The notes under the pieces: model-generated
Told to the model about the DNA's origin: nothing
The model's input: only the letters and a program-made list of their open reading frames with translations
The model's database searches: none
Shown here: piece after piece, positions 1 to 15,320 of the stretch
How positions within the stretch are numbered: the first letter of the stretch is position 1
Layout of the letters: every line of letters starts with the position of its first letter
Source: Amphiscolops sp. MND2022
Taxonomy: Eukaryota
NCBI GenBank assembly: GCA_964187785.1
Contig: OZ076409.1
Coordinates: forward strand, 14,634,001 to 14,698,000
Reading direction: 5' to 3'
DNA: 64,000 nt
Translations under genes and position numbers: made by a program

Positions 1-559
1 GAAAGTGGACCTTTCAGAGTGGAAACCATCATCTTAAAAAACAATATGCAACTGTAAGCGTCGGGCATGTTTTCTCGCGAAAAGCGCCGACAAAAACATG
101 GCGGATCTAGTCAGTACTTCGGTGTTTAAACCTTTGTCATTACTCTTTTACCTAAGCAGAAAGCTAATGAGGTGCATAGTGATAATAGATAGCGAGGACT
201 GAGAGTTTGATAGGTGTTTTTTGGCACTTTCCGAAGCTTTTTGAAAATATTTATTTTCCGTTATTATGTTCCAAATTTATATCCAAGTTGAAGGGTTTCA
301 CCCATAGAATTCAACTGACGTAAAATTAGTATCATGCGATATGCATTTGTAGAGATTGTTATTTTCCGCCCATATTTCATATGGGAAAGGAAAATATTTA
401 AATCAAACGGGTTTTTTTTAAAAAAATTGCCAAGAATTAATTTCACCGAAACTAAGTTTAACTTTAGGGTGTTACCTATAGAATTCAACTCACATAAAGT
501 TCGCTTGGTGCGATATGTATTTGTGGAGAGTTGTCCGGAGTTCGATAACAGCCAATGAC

Positions 560-3500
560 TCCGAATAGTTAAAAAAATCAACGTCTTCGTTTTTATACAA
601 CCGATGTCTACTTTTTAAATTGTTTTGGAATCAGAATGATGGTACACGTTCAGCAAAGATTGAACTCATACTTCTGTCGGCTTTTAAAGAAATGTTTGCA
701 GACTTCGGTTGAAAAAAGGATCAAAGTTGACAGCAAAAAGTTGAAAATGTTAAAATTTTTGTCGATTCCTGGCATTTTCAGTTAATTTTAATTTGAGATT
801 GGAACGTTTTGGTAAAATAAAAGCTTCAAAGAGCTCCAGATGATAAAACTAGATCCACAGCACGTTTTTAAAAGAAAAATTTACGTATTTTATGGCAGAG
901 AGTTTCTTCAGAATGACCGAAAATTGCAAAAGTTGAGAACTTTCAAGTTTTTTAAAATTGTAGTATCCAGTAGGCAATTTTAAAGGTATCATAGCAATTT
1001 TTTGTTGAAATTGGCCTCAGAGCACCCAAAATCCGTTGAACAAAAAGGCACGTTTTTTGACAAATTATTCCCAATTTTTGTTTAAACCACAATTGCTCGT
1101 AGAATAGAGAACTTCCATTGACCCGAGCGTTAAAACAAAAGGGCATTCAAAACGTAAGTTGGAAAAAAAGTTGGCCGAAGTTCGTCGAGTTTACAACAAA
1201 GGTGTCAAAAGTTCTGATTTTCCTCAATTTCCGACTTTATAGTCCCACTTTTGGACACTTTCCGATAATTTATTTCAATCAGAAAACCCATAGGCTCAAC
1301 GTTGAAACGTGTAGCTACAGGTAGTGTTTCGAAAAGATATCAGACAAGTTTATTTGCACAACATGAACTTTAGTTGAAAACGTAAATTTCGACCTTATTT
1401 TTCGAACCTTCAGTATTCAATAAGCTCCAAGCAAAATCACTAGATACCGTGTAAACCTTCCAAAGAAAAACGTTTCGAGCTAGTAGAGTGTATTAGAATG
1501 GTCTAAGCATCCAACAACAACTAAAATCGGTGTCCAGTAGGCTTATTTCTGAAGAGACATGTGTAGATTTATGTGAGAAAAGTTCCTCAAATTGATCTCA
1601 CAGTTTCCGAAAGTATTTCCAATTTTTGACACTTCTGGTGGAACTATGTGCAAAAATACATCGAACTGGGACCGCTCAAGTTTCCTAAACTTGCAAATTA
1701 CCTAGTTTCAAGATTATACCATTTTTTCAGTGCCAAAAATTACCCCAAGAAAAACGTCTGAGACTCGAAGACCATTCTTTCCCCAACAGGAATCTCAAAA
1801 GCTAATTTTTTGATTTCTTTCAGTAAAAACCTTTGATGGCGAAACAAGTTTCAGCTCACAAACGACCTTTCTCATGCTGAAATCAGCTATGAAATCAAGG
1901 AGGTACCCTTCGACCAATTAAAAATTCCGGAAAGACGAACAGAGCCGAAAAAAACTCAAAGGAGGTATTTTCCACAATCAATAGGAAACCTCATCAGTTT
2001 CACATGATCAAAAGTAACAAAGATGTCACCCTCGAAACTCGGGACTCTTATTTCTTTTACAGAAAACCTCAAAAAAAATATTTTTTTACAATTTTCTCTT
2101 CTAAAAGGAAAATTTTCTTTTACTCGATAAGTTTCGTAGTGCCGAAAAAACGAAAACTGGCCAGCTATCGCAGAAGTGATAAAATAGGAGTTTGCTTTAA
2201 AAATGGGCAAAGATGAATCAAAACCTTCTTTTCTTCGAGTTTCGCAGCATTTTTATAGAGCATTGGCTATTCTTGAGCCTCAAATTTATGTAGTTTCAGA
2301 ACAGTTCGAGGCGGAAAAAATCTCGCTGCTCAGCAGGCGTCTTGTTGGTATTTTTTGGTTGGCCCCAAAGACCCCAAAAAGACCCAAAAATGACCCCGAA
2401 AATGATGAACACTGAAAAATTTTCCGATTTCAAACATTTTTATGCAATTTTTGTCAAATTTTCGATGAACTTGGAGGCCTAGAATGTTAAAAACGTTCAG
2501 ACGGTAAAAAATCGTTGTCCAATAGGCTTCGTTGAAGAAATAAAAGCAATTACTATTGAAAAAATGCCTCAAATTCAGACCCAAATTGACAAAAACTCCA
2601 TAAAAAACTCAGTTGTTCAACGTTTTTGTGCAAGTTCTGTCAAAGTTTCGAAAAAAAGCTTTTGTGAATAATTAAATGCAGTTTTCAGTAAAAAAAGGCT
2701 CAAAATGCGACTGAACTTCACAAAAAAGTATGAAAACCTGATGAGTTTAACGTTTTGATGCAGCCCTAGTTAATTTTCCCAGAGATTTTGTGAATAAAAC
2801 ATTGAAAACAATCAATAAAGAATGAATTTGTTGTCCAGTAGGGTTTTTCGGGTAGATAATTGCAGCTTTGTAAGAAAAAATTTGCACAAAGGCACCGAAA
2901 GTGTCGAAAAATCCAATTTTTTTACATGTTTGACTTTTAACACATTTTTCGTAAAATTTTCAAAGTTTTCACGATTCGAACTAAAAACTCGTTCAACAAC
3001 AATTGACTTAAATGTGCAGTAGGCTTTCAAAAGGGATAAATGCCTTTTTTGGATAAGAATAAGCTTTAAATGGACACCAAAAAAATCAAAAAGTCCAAAA
3101 TATTCCAGTTCATGTCGCTTATCATGTTAAATCAGTGTAATTTCTGAGTTTTTTTAAATTAGAAGGTTTAATCAACCAAAGGCGAAACATCTGTATTATT
3201 GTTTTTGATGAGAAAAGTACAGTGTTTTACTTCAGAATCACTTCAAAAAGACACGAGTGGGACGCAAAAATGAAAAAAAGAGAGGATTTCAAACGTGTTT
3301 GTTCAACGTCTAAGAAAATTATGAAACGTTTTGAGAGTAAGAGTAAAACATGGTTCAACAACGATCGCAGTTGACATCTAGTTGATTTTTGATGGCGGCA
3401 TTTGCTAATTTGTGATCGGAAAAAGTCTCAATATATATATGACCCGATAAAAGTCGAAAGTCTCGAAATTTTTTAAATTTTGACATTTTTAGTGATTTTG

Positions 3501-4900
3501 TGTGTCTTTTCGTGACGTTCTGAAAGCTCCTTTGGTGTGACATATACATGTTGGCATACATATAAAAAATCGTCAACCATCCCTACCATTACACTTATGT
3601 TAACAATTGCCATTTGACAGTATAGTATCTGTCTGTCATCTATGTTACGTTATAGCATTAAAGTCTATTCACTTACATCTGATATCGACTTACTGAACAG
3701 AATAGATTCTTAACACGCAAATCATCTTCTTTATTTTTCTCATATTCTACAAATAGAACTTTTTGAAAGATAATTTTTTAGTTCTTTGGGTCCAAATTGT
3801 CTCAGATCAACCCGACGGATTTGCGAAATCAAAAAGTTTCCGAAACTTGAGCTTTGTTGGAGTTTTCGTGAATGTTTCTAGTTAGAAGAATGAAAACAAT
3901 TCAAACAGAAGAGTAGACTTTTTGAACGTCACTTGAAGTTTCATGTTTAAAAAGTGCCTCAAAATTACCCCAAAACAGCCAAATATTTTAATGTCTTTTC
4001 TTTAACGCAATTGCATTCGAAATTTTGAAAGACTTTGTGAATGAGATCTTTGAAACGATTCATCAACATTTGAATATATTGTCCAGTCAGCTTTTTGAGA
4101 AGGTAAATGCAAGTTATCATCTGAATTTTGCCTCAATTTCACACCAAAACGTCAAAAACCCAAATCTTTCTAGTTGGTCGTTTTTCATGGAATTTGTGTA
4201 CCTTTTTGTAGGTTTTCATGGCGGAGAAGAACGTTTCTTATGCCAAATTTCTAAGTTTTTCCTGAGAATTTCCATCGTTTGAATGAAAACGTTCAACGAT
4301 AAACAACAAATGCGTTATCCGGTAGGCTATTCGAAAGTCAATTGCAGTTTCATTTTAGAAAAGTGCCTCAAAATGACTCCGAAAGAGTCGACAAGAAATC
4401 AAATTTGGGTAGGTTTTTGGTAAGTTAGTGATGATCGTAATTGAGAAGTTTTAAAAACCTCTAAAATTTTTATTTGGGCATGGACATTGTTAGAAAAAGA
4501 AATTTAGAGTTTTGTATGTAGAACGTTCGTCAGAACGACTCGAAATAATTTTAAAAAACCAAATTTTTGTGTTTCTGAAAATTGTATAGACCTTTCGAGC
4601 AATTCGGTAATTCAACAACAGCTGAACCCGGTATACAAATGCTTTTGTGAAAAAACATCTACAGTTTCTCAGAAAAGTGCCTCAAATTACCGCAAAATGT
4701 TGAAAAATCAAAATTTTCTTGAAATTTTGATGCGTTTAGTGACTTTTTGTGCAAATTTTCAAAAAATGGTCGATTAGGTTTCTGGTATCCACACAGCCCG
4801 ACAACGAACCAATAGGTGTTTGGTGTGTTTTTGAAGTGTTTCCTTCTGAAATGATATGACATTTATCAAAAAGAGTCAAAAAATTTTTTCATCACATATC
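560..4900. repeat. Old degenerate repeat array
   Basis: Recurring TCCAGTAGGC and AAAGTGCCTCAAA(A)TT motifs (near 966, 1533, 2518, 2835, 3952, 4318, 4360, 4674); unit length not resolved. Confidence 0.5.
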
Positions 4901-7900
4901 CGTTAGTTTTCAAAGTGCAATGACTACTCTTGAGCCTCGAAACTATGTCGTTGCTAGAACAGTTTGGACGTAAAATACCCTCCGGTTGGCGGGCGTCTTG
5001 TTTTTCGCAAAAGGGTTGCGTTTTCTTTCATTTCATTTTGTTTTTGTAAAAAAAAGCTTTCAAGGATTCCATTAAAGTAGTTTTTAGCATCTCTGGAGAA
5101 CGTTGCTCTTTTTGGATCTTAAAGCCATGTTGTTCAATATGAACTGGTCAGTATGTTGGATCGTTGCTGTGTTGTTCAGTATTATTTCAACTTACGGTGA
5201 GGAAAAAAAATGGGCAAGCGTTTTGAAAAAACCAATTCACCAGTTACGTCAACGTCTAATTGAAGTGTTTTTAGTGGGACAACTTACTCAAAGCACTTTC
5301 ACGCCTTCCATGCATTCAATTGCGGTAGAAAGTTTAGCGTGATTTTAACACGAGCGTACTGCGCTTTGTATGAAGGGTGGAAACGGGCTGTAATCAAGAT
5401 AACTTTACTATCGGGAGTGAAAAAACCTCTATTTCGCCAGCATATTTTTGCTGTTGCCGCCGCTTCATGCAACATTGGTTTTTGTTTGGAACATTGGCAA
5501 AAATTTTTCATAAAAATCAATTACAAGTGAGATTTTAGTAAAGCTCAAAAATTTGTTTTGAACTTGCTGCCATTTTTTGAACGTTTAACGTTTCCTAGTC
5601 TACCAGCTTCAAATGTAATGGTTTAGTCATAACAATTTTCCGGTCGAAATCATAAGAGAGTCGTTTCATTCATTACTGTTACACTTTTCCTCAAAACGGA
5701 TGGTTTTTGATTAATTTTTAAAACTACCAAACAAAATTCTTAACCGGCGCTTTTTGAAAAAGTTTTGTACAATGGCTATTCAGTTTTCTTCAGCCTCACA
5801 TCGAAGTAACCACTACTTTTAAGGGTCCCTTTTGATTTTTTAGCTCAGAAACTAGTATAACAAATCTTTAGTAGCATAAAAGTGATTCGCTAGGTAAAAA
5901 GTGAATCGCCGAGCTCCAAAACGCAACAAAAAGTCCTCATTTGGTCATTCTGTTCTACATACTCTACAAAGCAAGGCTAGACCGAAAACCCTTTTTTCGT
6001 AACAGAGAGACTTTTTGTGAACATTAAATAGGTCCATGAAGGTGTTTGTTTTTAGGTCGAAAAAGTTTTGTTAGACTAGAGGATCGACACTTTTTGTGTT
6101 TTCATAGGCCTGTGGGATTCGTCAGAATATGTTTGCTGGGAAAACAACTCGTAAATAGAATCAAAAGATTGCTCTTTTTTGAGTCTTCAGCACGTTTTGT
6201 CAAAAAAATGAAAAATTTGTCCTTTTAGAAAAATTCTAAAATGTCTTGAGAAAATTTTCCTGTGTAGTTTTTCAAAGTTCGTCACGCTGAAATAGGTTGT
6301 GTGCAACTTGTTTCTATGATTATCATCTTGTTTTTCTGATACCGTTTTCGGCTTGTTTTTCCTTCATTTCCGTATATGAATGAGTTGATAATGTTTCCAA
6401 GTGATTCCATATATCAATTATTTTTTAATAAGGATCTGAAGCGGAAAACGAAGCAATAAATACTCTAGAAAAGCCATTAATGTCTCTGAGAAACAGTAAA
6501 AACTACAAAACGCCAATCTGGTTGAAATTGAGAGCCTTTGGTAGCTAGTGCAATCTGTTGTAACTTCATTTGTAGGCGGTTCGTTGCGATCTTTTTCCAC
6601 TGCGCAATTGTCAAAACCTTGATTCCATGCTTTTCTTCTATAAAAACTGTCATGCATTCTCCACATTTGTTATCCTAAAAAAACATATGTTTCACAAAAT
6701 TGGCATCATGGTAATGCCGAAATGTTCCGCTACATTTTGTAACTCTTAGTTGAAACTGCTAGAGGTATTTTGTATTTTCAACTTTTACCAAACTTGAGGT
6801 ATTTTGTATTTTTATAGCGTTTTATATTAGCAAGCGTTTTGGAGAAGCGTAATACAGTCTCTCCAAATGTCTACTTCAAATAGACTATAAATATACCTTT
6901 TGAAAATATTTGAACAAATCTCTGCAAAATGTTATTCTTCAATAATATTTTTGGAACCATAAACTCAGCACTGGGCAAATACATGCAGACGGACAGTCGC
7001 TTGAAAATATTTTCTTTCTTTTGTGGAATTTTTTCTGGAAACGTATGACAATGGTTCATTCCCACTTCAAAAGGAAGTTGGTCTCCCATAGAAAAAAATG
7101 ACCCCTTAGATCGGTTTCATAGGCGAGCATCAGAAGCGTTGAGTAATTATATTCACACATTAAACTTGATGAATTTGATATGGGCAATTTTGACCAATTT
7201 TGAAGACAATGACTGGAGCTATAGAAACTTACATAATTCTCTATTTGTCGTAGTTTTTCGAACAAGCTATTTATTTTATAAAGATAGCATCTATCCTACC
7301 TTCGCGTCTCCGTGGATATTAATTGTGAAGCGAAGCAAAATCTTGACCTTTTGTTTGATTTAAGCAGGACGTTGAATAATTGCGCAAATTTTCAGACATG
7401 AATTCATTTCAAATGATTTTTCTTACATGAGCCATAAGCAAATTGATTCCAAAATTATAGTTTTGATTTTTTTCTAATATATGGATCTAAATAAAGACTA
7501 ACTGATTTAAAATCTATTGAGCAACATTTTTATCCGTAGAAAAATCATTCCTTCTATTTATAAATAAAAATAAATAGATAAAAATAGAAGATCTGAAATT
7601 AATAGTTTTTTTTTCATGATCAAGATTTCGGAATCGTTGTTTTCTCGACCATGTATGGTGCTGTTTAATGACAATTTGGCCAATAATTTGGCCGGTTGAC
7701 TACCGGGCTAATTATTTTAAAACATACTTTTAAACGCAGTCCTGCCGGAAAAACCACAAATTTTTAGCTGATTCTCATTGCGCTAGTTGCATTTACATGG
7801 AACAAACATTGAGTAACGGGCAGATAAAAAACTGGAAAAAATGTTTGGAACTGTCCCCCGTGCTAAAAATTGTGAAAAAACGACAAAATTAGAATAAATC

Positions 7901-8543
7901 AGTAGCTGATTCAATGCAATCATGTGTAGTCAACAAATTAGGAGAATTATTTTTTTAAATTAGAATTCATCAAATGTTGGGTTTTTTCTCTAATACGATA
8001 GATTAATCAAGTACTTTTGTTTTTTGAACAGCTACAAAGATTCAGCATTTTCCAATACTCCTTTAAACCCGCAGCCAGAGCGCGTTTAGCAAAAACATTC
8101 GATACTGTCGTCTCAAAATCTGACAGCGCATTACCCAAAAGTTATGTAATAATCTTCTGTTGAAATCAGGTGCTTGTCATTCGAAATTATATCGGCTTAC
8201 TAGAAGGCACCTGCCGGCAGTTAGCGAAAGACAATCGGAGTACAATTCCCTAAAAACATTAGCTTCTTAGCTGTTGTTTCCTAATGGCATATTTATAGAC
8301 TTTACAGACTTTATTCGGGAATCAGAAGTACAAAATATTGCTCAAATTTCACCGAGAGTTGAACTAGTGGTTTCTGCATTTACATTTTCAAGTGTATATA
8401 ACGGGCAAAGACCATTATACACTTTATTGTACACTATACCATTGAGTGACGGGCAAATGAAAACTGGAAAAAAGGGCTGTTGGGAATTGTTTTTTTCAGC
8501 CACGAATTACCACAAATGAAATTTGAAACTCAAAACTGGGAAA

Positions 8544-8946
8544 AACAAGCCGGGAACGGCTCAAGAAGAGCGAAGTCTTTTGAAAATGCTCAAGAACAAC
8601 TATTGTGGAAATTTTTATCATGCTCACTTTGAGACTCTAAAAGCGCGTATTGATTGAGAAGAAACACAAAAAAACTGGTAGCTATGGAAATTATTTTTCT
8701 CAAAAACAAGTCGCACATTGCCTTTAAAAAAAAGAGCTCTTTATACACACAAAATGTCTTTTCCTCACTAAAAAAAAACTAACAAAATCAAAGTGGGCCA
8801 TTTGTTAAAATGAAGATTTTCTCACTTCAGTCCAAGTTGTGTCAACAAAGTCTGTTCACAAAGTGAACCATTTAGACTAGGTCTGTGGTCTGTACATAAA
8901 ATTTGCCACTGTAATAGTCGGGCACTTTTTATTACAAAAAGCTACT
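8544..8946 (-). mobile_element. HINE-like element, old diverged copy (further fragments near 1-96, 9940-10203, 17277-17600, 18140-18690, 21090-21212, 58480-58672, 58773-58913)
   Basis: AACAAGCCGGGAACGGC start and CACTGTAATAGTCGGGCAC end. Confidence 0.6.
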
Positions 8947-10600
8947 CCCATTTTTTTACTAGCTCTAAAAGTCTTGGAATGTTCGCTTGTTAACTTCTTC
9001 ACTTCTTCCATGCACACTGGAAGACTACAATTCGGCTTATAAATTTAACTACAATTCGGCTTCTAAATTTAACTGGAATATAATTAACAAATTTATTCAA
9101 GTCGACACGTTACAAGCAGCTGGCGAATTCGATAAGGTATTAGTTGTGCTAGATTGGATTTATACAGAATCATTGATAATAGTTTTGCCATAACGATCCG
9201 TTGATGAATTGAAGACTTTAGAGTATGCTAAGCATGCCATGAGCTAAGCATGCCAGGAGCAGTGAAGCCTTTCAGGTCTCTTGCATTGTGTTTTATAGTA
9301 TACATAGAGTATACATATAAATTCGAAACATTAATGTTCAATTTGGGATCAGTTTGATTGACAGTCTGCGAACCGAATAATTCAGAATCGGTATTACACC
9401 GTATAACAGTGCCAAACTGCGCATAGGAGGTTTGAAAAACCATTTAAAAAATGCCTTGAAACCTAAGAAAACCTGTAACAAAATTCAGATTTTCCAGCTG
9501 AGAAAGTTTCGACGAAATGGCAAAGATGTTCCACAATCAATATTCGACTTCTTAGATTTTTCAGACGCTCGATGAAAACCCACTTGCCTGAAAAAATTGC
9601 GAGTTCGCTCAATCTAAAGCAACAAATATCATTGAATTCAAAGATGACTAGACCTCACTGAAATTGCTTTTTGTCATTTGAAGCGCTTACTACGAAACAA
9701 GATGAAACAAATATTTTTTTGAAAAACTGAATAGTTTTGAATGCTTCAATAGTTTGTAAAAACCTCGGTTGCGTGTCTTTACAAGAAAAATCAGGACTCT
9801 TATAGTTTTTTTCGTCAGTTCAACGCGATCGGTCAACTTTTTGTGTATGATGCACTTTTACCATAAGTACTTGGTACTTCATTTTGAACGCATCTAAAGC
9901 CTCTAACCATGAAATACAAAACCATTCCAAAGCAGAAGGGTCCGCCCTTTGACATTTTTCGGCCTTGTGAGATTTTTCAGAATAATTATTTTTCGTCTGA
10001 AATTCTCAATATATAATACCCACAAATAATTTTTTTTCAAAACTATCCGAATTCTTGACGTTATATCCTAACTATATTGCGTTTTAGTATGAAGGAAAGG
10101 GAGGTTCAAAAACAGGAGTTTTTCTTGAAAACATCCCACGCATATTTTAAAAACTGAGCTTTTTGAGCCTTAGATATAGTGTCGACTTTGGACGTTCCCG
10201 TTTTAATTTCCGCCCACATAATGGAGGAGGAATATCATGATCTGTGATGCGTTTCTTTCAAATTCTGCTAAATTTCCTCCCAGTTTCACCTGAGTTACTT
10301 GACTATTTTAGTTACTTGACTATTCTAGTTACGTATTACTGCATACTGGCTGACACGAGGTCGTGGGTTCGAACCCGGGCTGATGCGTTAGAGCCGAAAA
10401 TATCCCGGTGCTTAGCGTGCATTTTGTTTACCTATCAAGAATCATAGAAAATTAGATTTCCGGTTATTGTTATTCAAGTAGTCATAGTAACCAAATGCGC
10501 CCAACTAATACGAACCAGAGGGATCACATCGTTTAGTAAACTGTTTAGAGATTTTACGCCCAAGATCTAAAGCATACCCGGAGAGACCAAAAGGTGGGTG

Positions 10601-11129
10601 TTTTTAGTCGGCGCATTTTAGTAGAAAATGTGCCCGACTATTACAGTGGGTAGTTTTTTTAGACACGAAAGGTCCACTTTTTTGTTCATTTGTTCAACAA
10701 CCTCAAACTTCAACAACTTCAAACCTCAACAACTCCAACCTCGGAAGCGCGTCCAAAACGAAAAGAAAAAACAAAACAGACGTCCACAACCTCGAAAACA
10801 CACCTTAGCCCCACTTTTTTTCAGCACATTTTTTGAAGTTTTTGGATTGCACCAGAGGGCCCCCCCTTCATTTGTTTCGATATTTTGCAACACAATGGAT
10901 GTCAAAAAATCGCAAAGGGCCCCCCTTTTACATTTTTCGGCACTGTGACACTGTTCGAAAATCTCATTAAAAAATTTTTGGGAAATTTTTTCAAGTCCCC
11001 AAAGGGTCCCCCCTTCAATTTTTTTTCAAATTTTTTGCAACAAGCTGGAGTTTCACAAAGCCCGAAGGGTCCCCCTTTTAAATTTTGAGCCTTAGATATG
11101 GCGCCGACTTTGGACGTTCTCGGCTTGTT
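10601..11129 (+). mobile_element. DINE-1/HINE-like non-autonomous Helentron, complete copy
   Basis: 5' TTTTT-AGTCGGCGC...GCCCGACT stem; 3' GCGCCGACT, small hairpin, CTTGTT; no TSD. Confidence 0.75.
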
Positions 11130-11261
11130 CGACCTTCTTTTGAAATTACTAGAGAAAGGCGACCAAAAACGTTCAATTTCAAGTTGCGTGGACAGAAAAG
11201 ATATCTTTTCATAATTTTTCCTTGGAAAAATGGCGCTTGCCTGACAGTAGCCGTAGTCGAG

Positions 11262-11783
11262 ATTGCTTGAACTTTTTACATGCTGCATTGAAACATGTAG
11301 ACTAATTTTTACAAAACATGGAAAATTCCGAGAGCCTGCACGGAAACATTTTGTAGGATTACAATGCAGCCTCAACTATTTGAATTAAAACAATTCCACT
11401 TCTTTACCACCGCGATCACTTTGTTTTCACGCGTAAGTTTCTCAAGTAAGTACATTATGTAATCACCGTTAGTCAAATAGCACGCTGAATATAACGACGC
11501 TACTTTCAAACTTATGATGTGACTGAAGTTTATTTGCATTGAAAGCGCGGTAAAATTGATGAAGGTGTCTGCTGCTTTCAAAATTAGAGAGGCGTCTTAA
11601 GGAAACCTGCAAAACGTTGCGGCTCAGAATTGCCGCTAAATTTAGGATGTATCTTATGGGCAGCATGATAAAATTAAATCGAATCAGTGATGTTTTAATG
11701 CATGGACGTTTCTTTGAGAATCTTATAAAATCATGGAAAATTAGCTTGGTAACCTACAAAAACATGTAAAAAGTTCAAGCAAT
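11262..11783. mobile_element. MITE-like segment bounded by 21-bp perfect inverted repeats
   Basis: ATTGCTTGAACTTTTTACATG at 11262 and its reverse complement at 11763. Confidence 0.6.
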
Positions 11784-12274
11784 TCCAATCAGGGAGGTCT
11801 CCATAGTTCGAAATTGATTGCTCCTCATTGCAACTGATTATGGGATAGAGAATGCTTTAGATATGTTGAAAGGAACATTCCTAACTTTCCTGACTTGAGC
11901 TTGTTAAAAGAATTCTCTGATCCCAATAACGCATTGCAAAAATGTTTGCTACATGTCGATAATCATGAGGAATTCGTTTCTAAAGATTTTTTTTCGAATT
12001 CTCATCATTAAAAAAATTGAAAGGTAATTTCAGAGCTACCGGACGAGTATTCCCAAAATGGCATTAACAGTTTAACAATAAAAATTTCACTGAAACGCCG
12101 CAATGTTGTCAATATTGGTAAAATACGAAGTTTCATTGAGTGTTACACGAGTATTATAAGAAATGGAGGTTTTTATCGATGCCCAAAGCAAAATATCTTG
12201 AAACTCTTGCAAAGATCTTGCATATTTTTACATATTCCCGTTTACTCTTGAAAGCGTTGATAAGATCTTGGGTA

Positions 12275-12705
12275 CTCCTGACTAAGCGTGGTCCCTACAA
12301 AATTTATGTAGCCGACCTGAAAACTCCTGACTAAGTGTGGTCTCTAGCAAATTTAGAACAGCCAACGTAAAGCAAACATTACATGTAGTTCAAAACAGCA
12401 GAGTTCAAATTACTAGCTTTTAGTGCTGTTACAGCCAATATGTATGGATGGAACTTGATTTAAAGAGGTTAGCATATTTGTTGTATGACTCGGTCGCTTC
12501 GCTCTCTTCGCCAAGTAGCAACATTGAGGCATGGCCATATGGCACGTTGCTCCGCTTCCCTTCGCTCCCGCATTTAGGGCACTAGGCGTATGTGAACATA
12601 GCTGACTACGTGATAAAAATTATTCCGACAAAATATGCAGGGACCACACTGATATTACAGGGACCACACAAGGAGAAATCGCTTGGGACCACACTTAGTC
12701 AGGAG
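12275..12705. mobile_element. MITE, Tc1/mariner-type (TA duplication)
   Basis: 21-bp TIRs CTCCTGACTAAGCGTGGTCCC / GGGACCACACTTAGTCAGGAG, TA on both sides, internal TIR repeats; interrupts a CAAGATCTTG-rich repeat. Confidence 0.85.
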
Positions 12706-13589
12706 TACAAGATCTTGTTTATTCTTGCTTCACAAAAACCTCCTGAAATTCTTGATAGGAATTTTGTTAAGAGTCTTATCAAAAGTGTCAAGAAAATAAT
12801 AACTTGTAACATAAACAACAATTTTGTTTACAAGAACTGTGCTATTGTTCGCACTACCAACTACACTATCATTCTTTGAAGTATAGCTATAGGACAACAC
12901 AAAGGTTTGAATCTCAGAACGTGATTGCATGGTTGATAGCGCGAACAGCTGTGGCATAATAGGTACACTGATCAAGCCGAAGTTGGTTCCGGTTTTTGTC
13001 TGTTTTCATTCACGTTTGTCAGTTTTTTTTCTCTTGAATTCTTGACAAGATCTTGCAAGATCTTACATATTCTTGGCGCTCTTGATAAGAATCTTGCCAA
13101 GATTCTTACCAACGGTTTCACGAAAATCCAAGATTCTTATCAAGAATTTCAAAAGTTTTTTCACTGGGTTAGCAAACTTTGAAATTTCTTTTTTCTGTGG
13201 ATTATTTCGAAGCAATTAGCTTTTAATCACTCAGTGACAGAATTTAAATTTCGAATTTAGATTAGCGCCCATGAGGTTCTTCTTTCGTACCGACTGGTGA
13301 AATACTATAAGTTCACATACGTGACGTGGTTAAGCATGTGAAAATATGCAACAAAATGCGTTGTGTGTAAATACATATTTTCCCGGCCCTTATAATAAAA
13401 CTTTCGAATCGTTGCTAAATTCAGGATGCATATGCAGCTTGTAAAGTTCATTTGGCACAGTAAAAATTCAATGCATTGAAAAGTGCAACCTACCAAAAAG
13501 AGTGCGTTTTGTCGTGGTATAACCAATATTTGGAGTGTCGGATATGACATAAGTTGTCGATTTTTAGTTGATATCGAATTCCGTACACA

Positions 13590-14397
13590 CCCATGTTGAG
13601 CTTTCCTTGAGAATCTGTAAAGATCTGTGAGCCAATTTTCCTTGAGAATCTGTAAAGATCGTGCCACTGCTACGTAAGGACAACTGCAGATCTGCAAGGA
13701 TCTTTACAGATGTTCAAAGATTTTCTGTACAGATTTCTCAGGAAAATTTTTTCCGGACCTTCTAGTGAAACTATGCATTTCATTTTTTAGCTTCTTCAGT
13801 AGATATTTTTGCTGACCAAGGCTCAGTCAGTTGAAACTCTCCATCACTCAAAATTCTTGAGCAGGAAATCTTGTCCCCATCACGGTAATTTTGGTGTCTG
13901 GGGAATATTCGGTATTGGTTGTACACTGTAATTTATCCATTTCACTTGAACTTTCCAGAAGTGGTTTTTCAACTTTGAGAGGCTCGTTTGCCATATTGAC
14001 TTCGTTTTGACGGATGAAATTTGACATGTGACAACCTTCTGGGTTGGTAGAGATGTTGATAGAGTGCTGTGGTTGTAATATTTCGAAAACATAATTTGCT
14101 GGAGTAGTTTTAGTAATTGCTGGAAACTCGGAATACGTTATAGTAATTTATTGGTATGGTTAATTTTTAACAAATCCTGGAATATCTGCAAGGATCTGTA
14201 CAGATCTGTACAGATTCGCACAGAAACTTTTTTAAAACTTCAAATATGAGGTGTGTTTTTTTCGTAGAGCACTTTTTAACCAACTAATTTCTTCTTCGAA
14301 AACTGAATTTATGACTATTCAATTTTCGAACAATCCTGGAATATCTGTCAGGATCTGTGCAGATCTGTACAGATTCGCAGGGAGTGCTCAATATGGG
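13590..14397. mobile_element. MITE with CCC...GGG termini
   Basis: CCCATGTTGAGC / GCTCAATATGGG (11/12), internal GATCTGTACAG-type repeats. Confidence 0.6.
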
Positions 14398-15320
14398 CAT
14401 ACATTTTACAATTCAAAGAAACCACATTTTCATTTTTTTGTTAATTCTCCGAACAAGTCTTCCTCTAAGGTCACAAAACTGCCACCAAAGTTGAAACTCA
14501 CAATCACACATTTGAAAGTATTATCTGCAGATTTTTCATTTCAACTCAGATATGTAACTGTATCATTCAGTTATAGATCAAAATCAAAGCCCTTTTGATC
14601 CAAAAATAGCTTTTTTGAAACTTTACAAAAGTCGGCCATTTTCCGTATCAAAACTTCTTACTCTTTACTTGTAGGATTTGTGCAGGTATTTAACACATTA
14701 CTGCAAACCGCAAAACCTGCAACTTCAAAGCAAAGTCTTCCAACCTGAAAGATGGAGTTTCCTTCCAGATTCATCAATATTCCGACTTTGTATCTTACTC
14801 TCAATCTATGATGGAATAACAACAAAGTATCCTAAAAATATCACTTTCAACCCAACCCCCCCCCCCATTGCACCTTAACTGCCCGTTTCTGGGATGCAGC
14901 CTTCTCGCACATTTGGCCTTGAGATTCCCGCATTTTCACCTTTTCCCTGACGTAAGAGTTGGTGGTCACGCGTCATGGATAATTTTTCATGCGTTCTTGA
15001 GACTTCTCCTCGAATTATGCTAACTTTGACTGGCAGAATTTATAGTGCACACAAAATGGTCTAGTCAGCTTGAAACTCTGCCGGTACAGACTGAAAAAAG
15101 AGTCGCTAATTGCACACAATGCAACTATTAGGCACCCAGGAGACTGTGCGTGAATAGAAACTGACACTAAATAATTGAAAAAGTTTCGCTAATTTTTCCG
15201 AGAAAGTGAAGATTGTTTTGCAAAAGACGTGTTTCCACATAGCTCTAGAGTAACACGTGAATATGTTGATGATAAGGAAACAATGTATATAATGTATATA
15301 TAAGGAAACAATATATAATG

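Noticed and set aside
10340..10390. Possible tRNA gene (GGTTCGAACCC)
   Set aside because: Only a B-box-like motif; no D arm or acceptor stem
10628..11375. ORFs of 61-157 aa with KGPP/KGGP repeats
   Set aside because: Translations of the HINE interior
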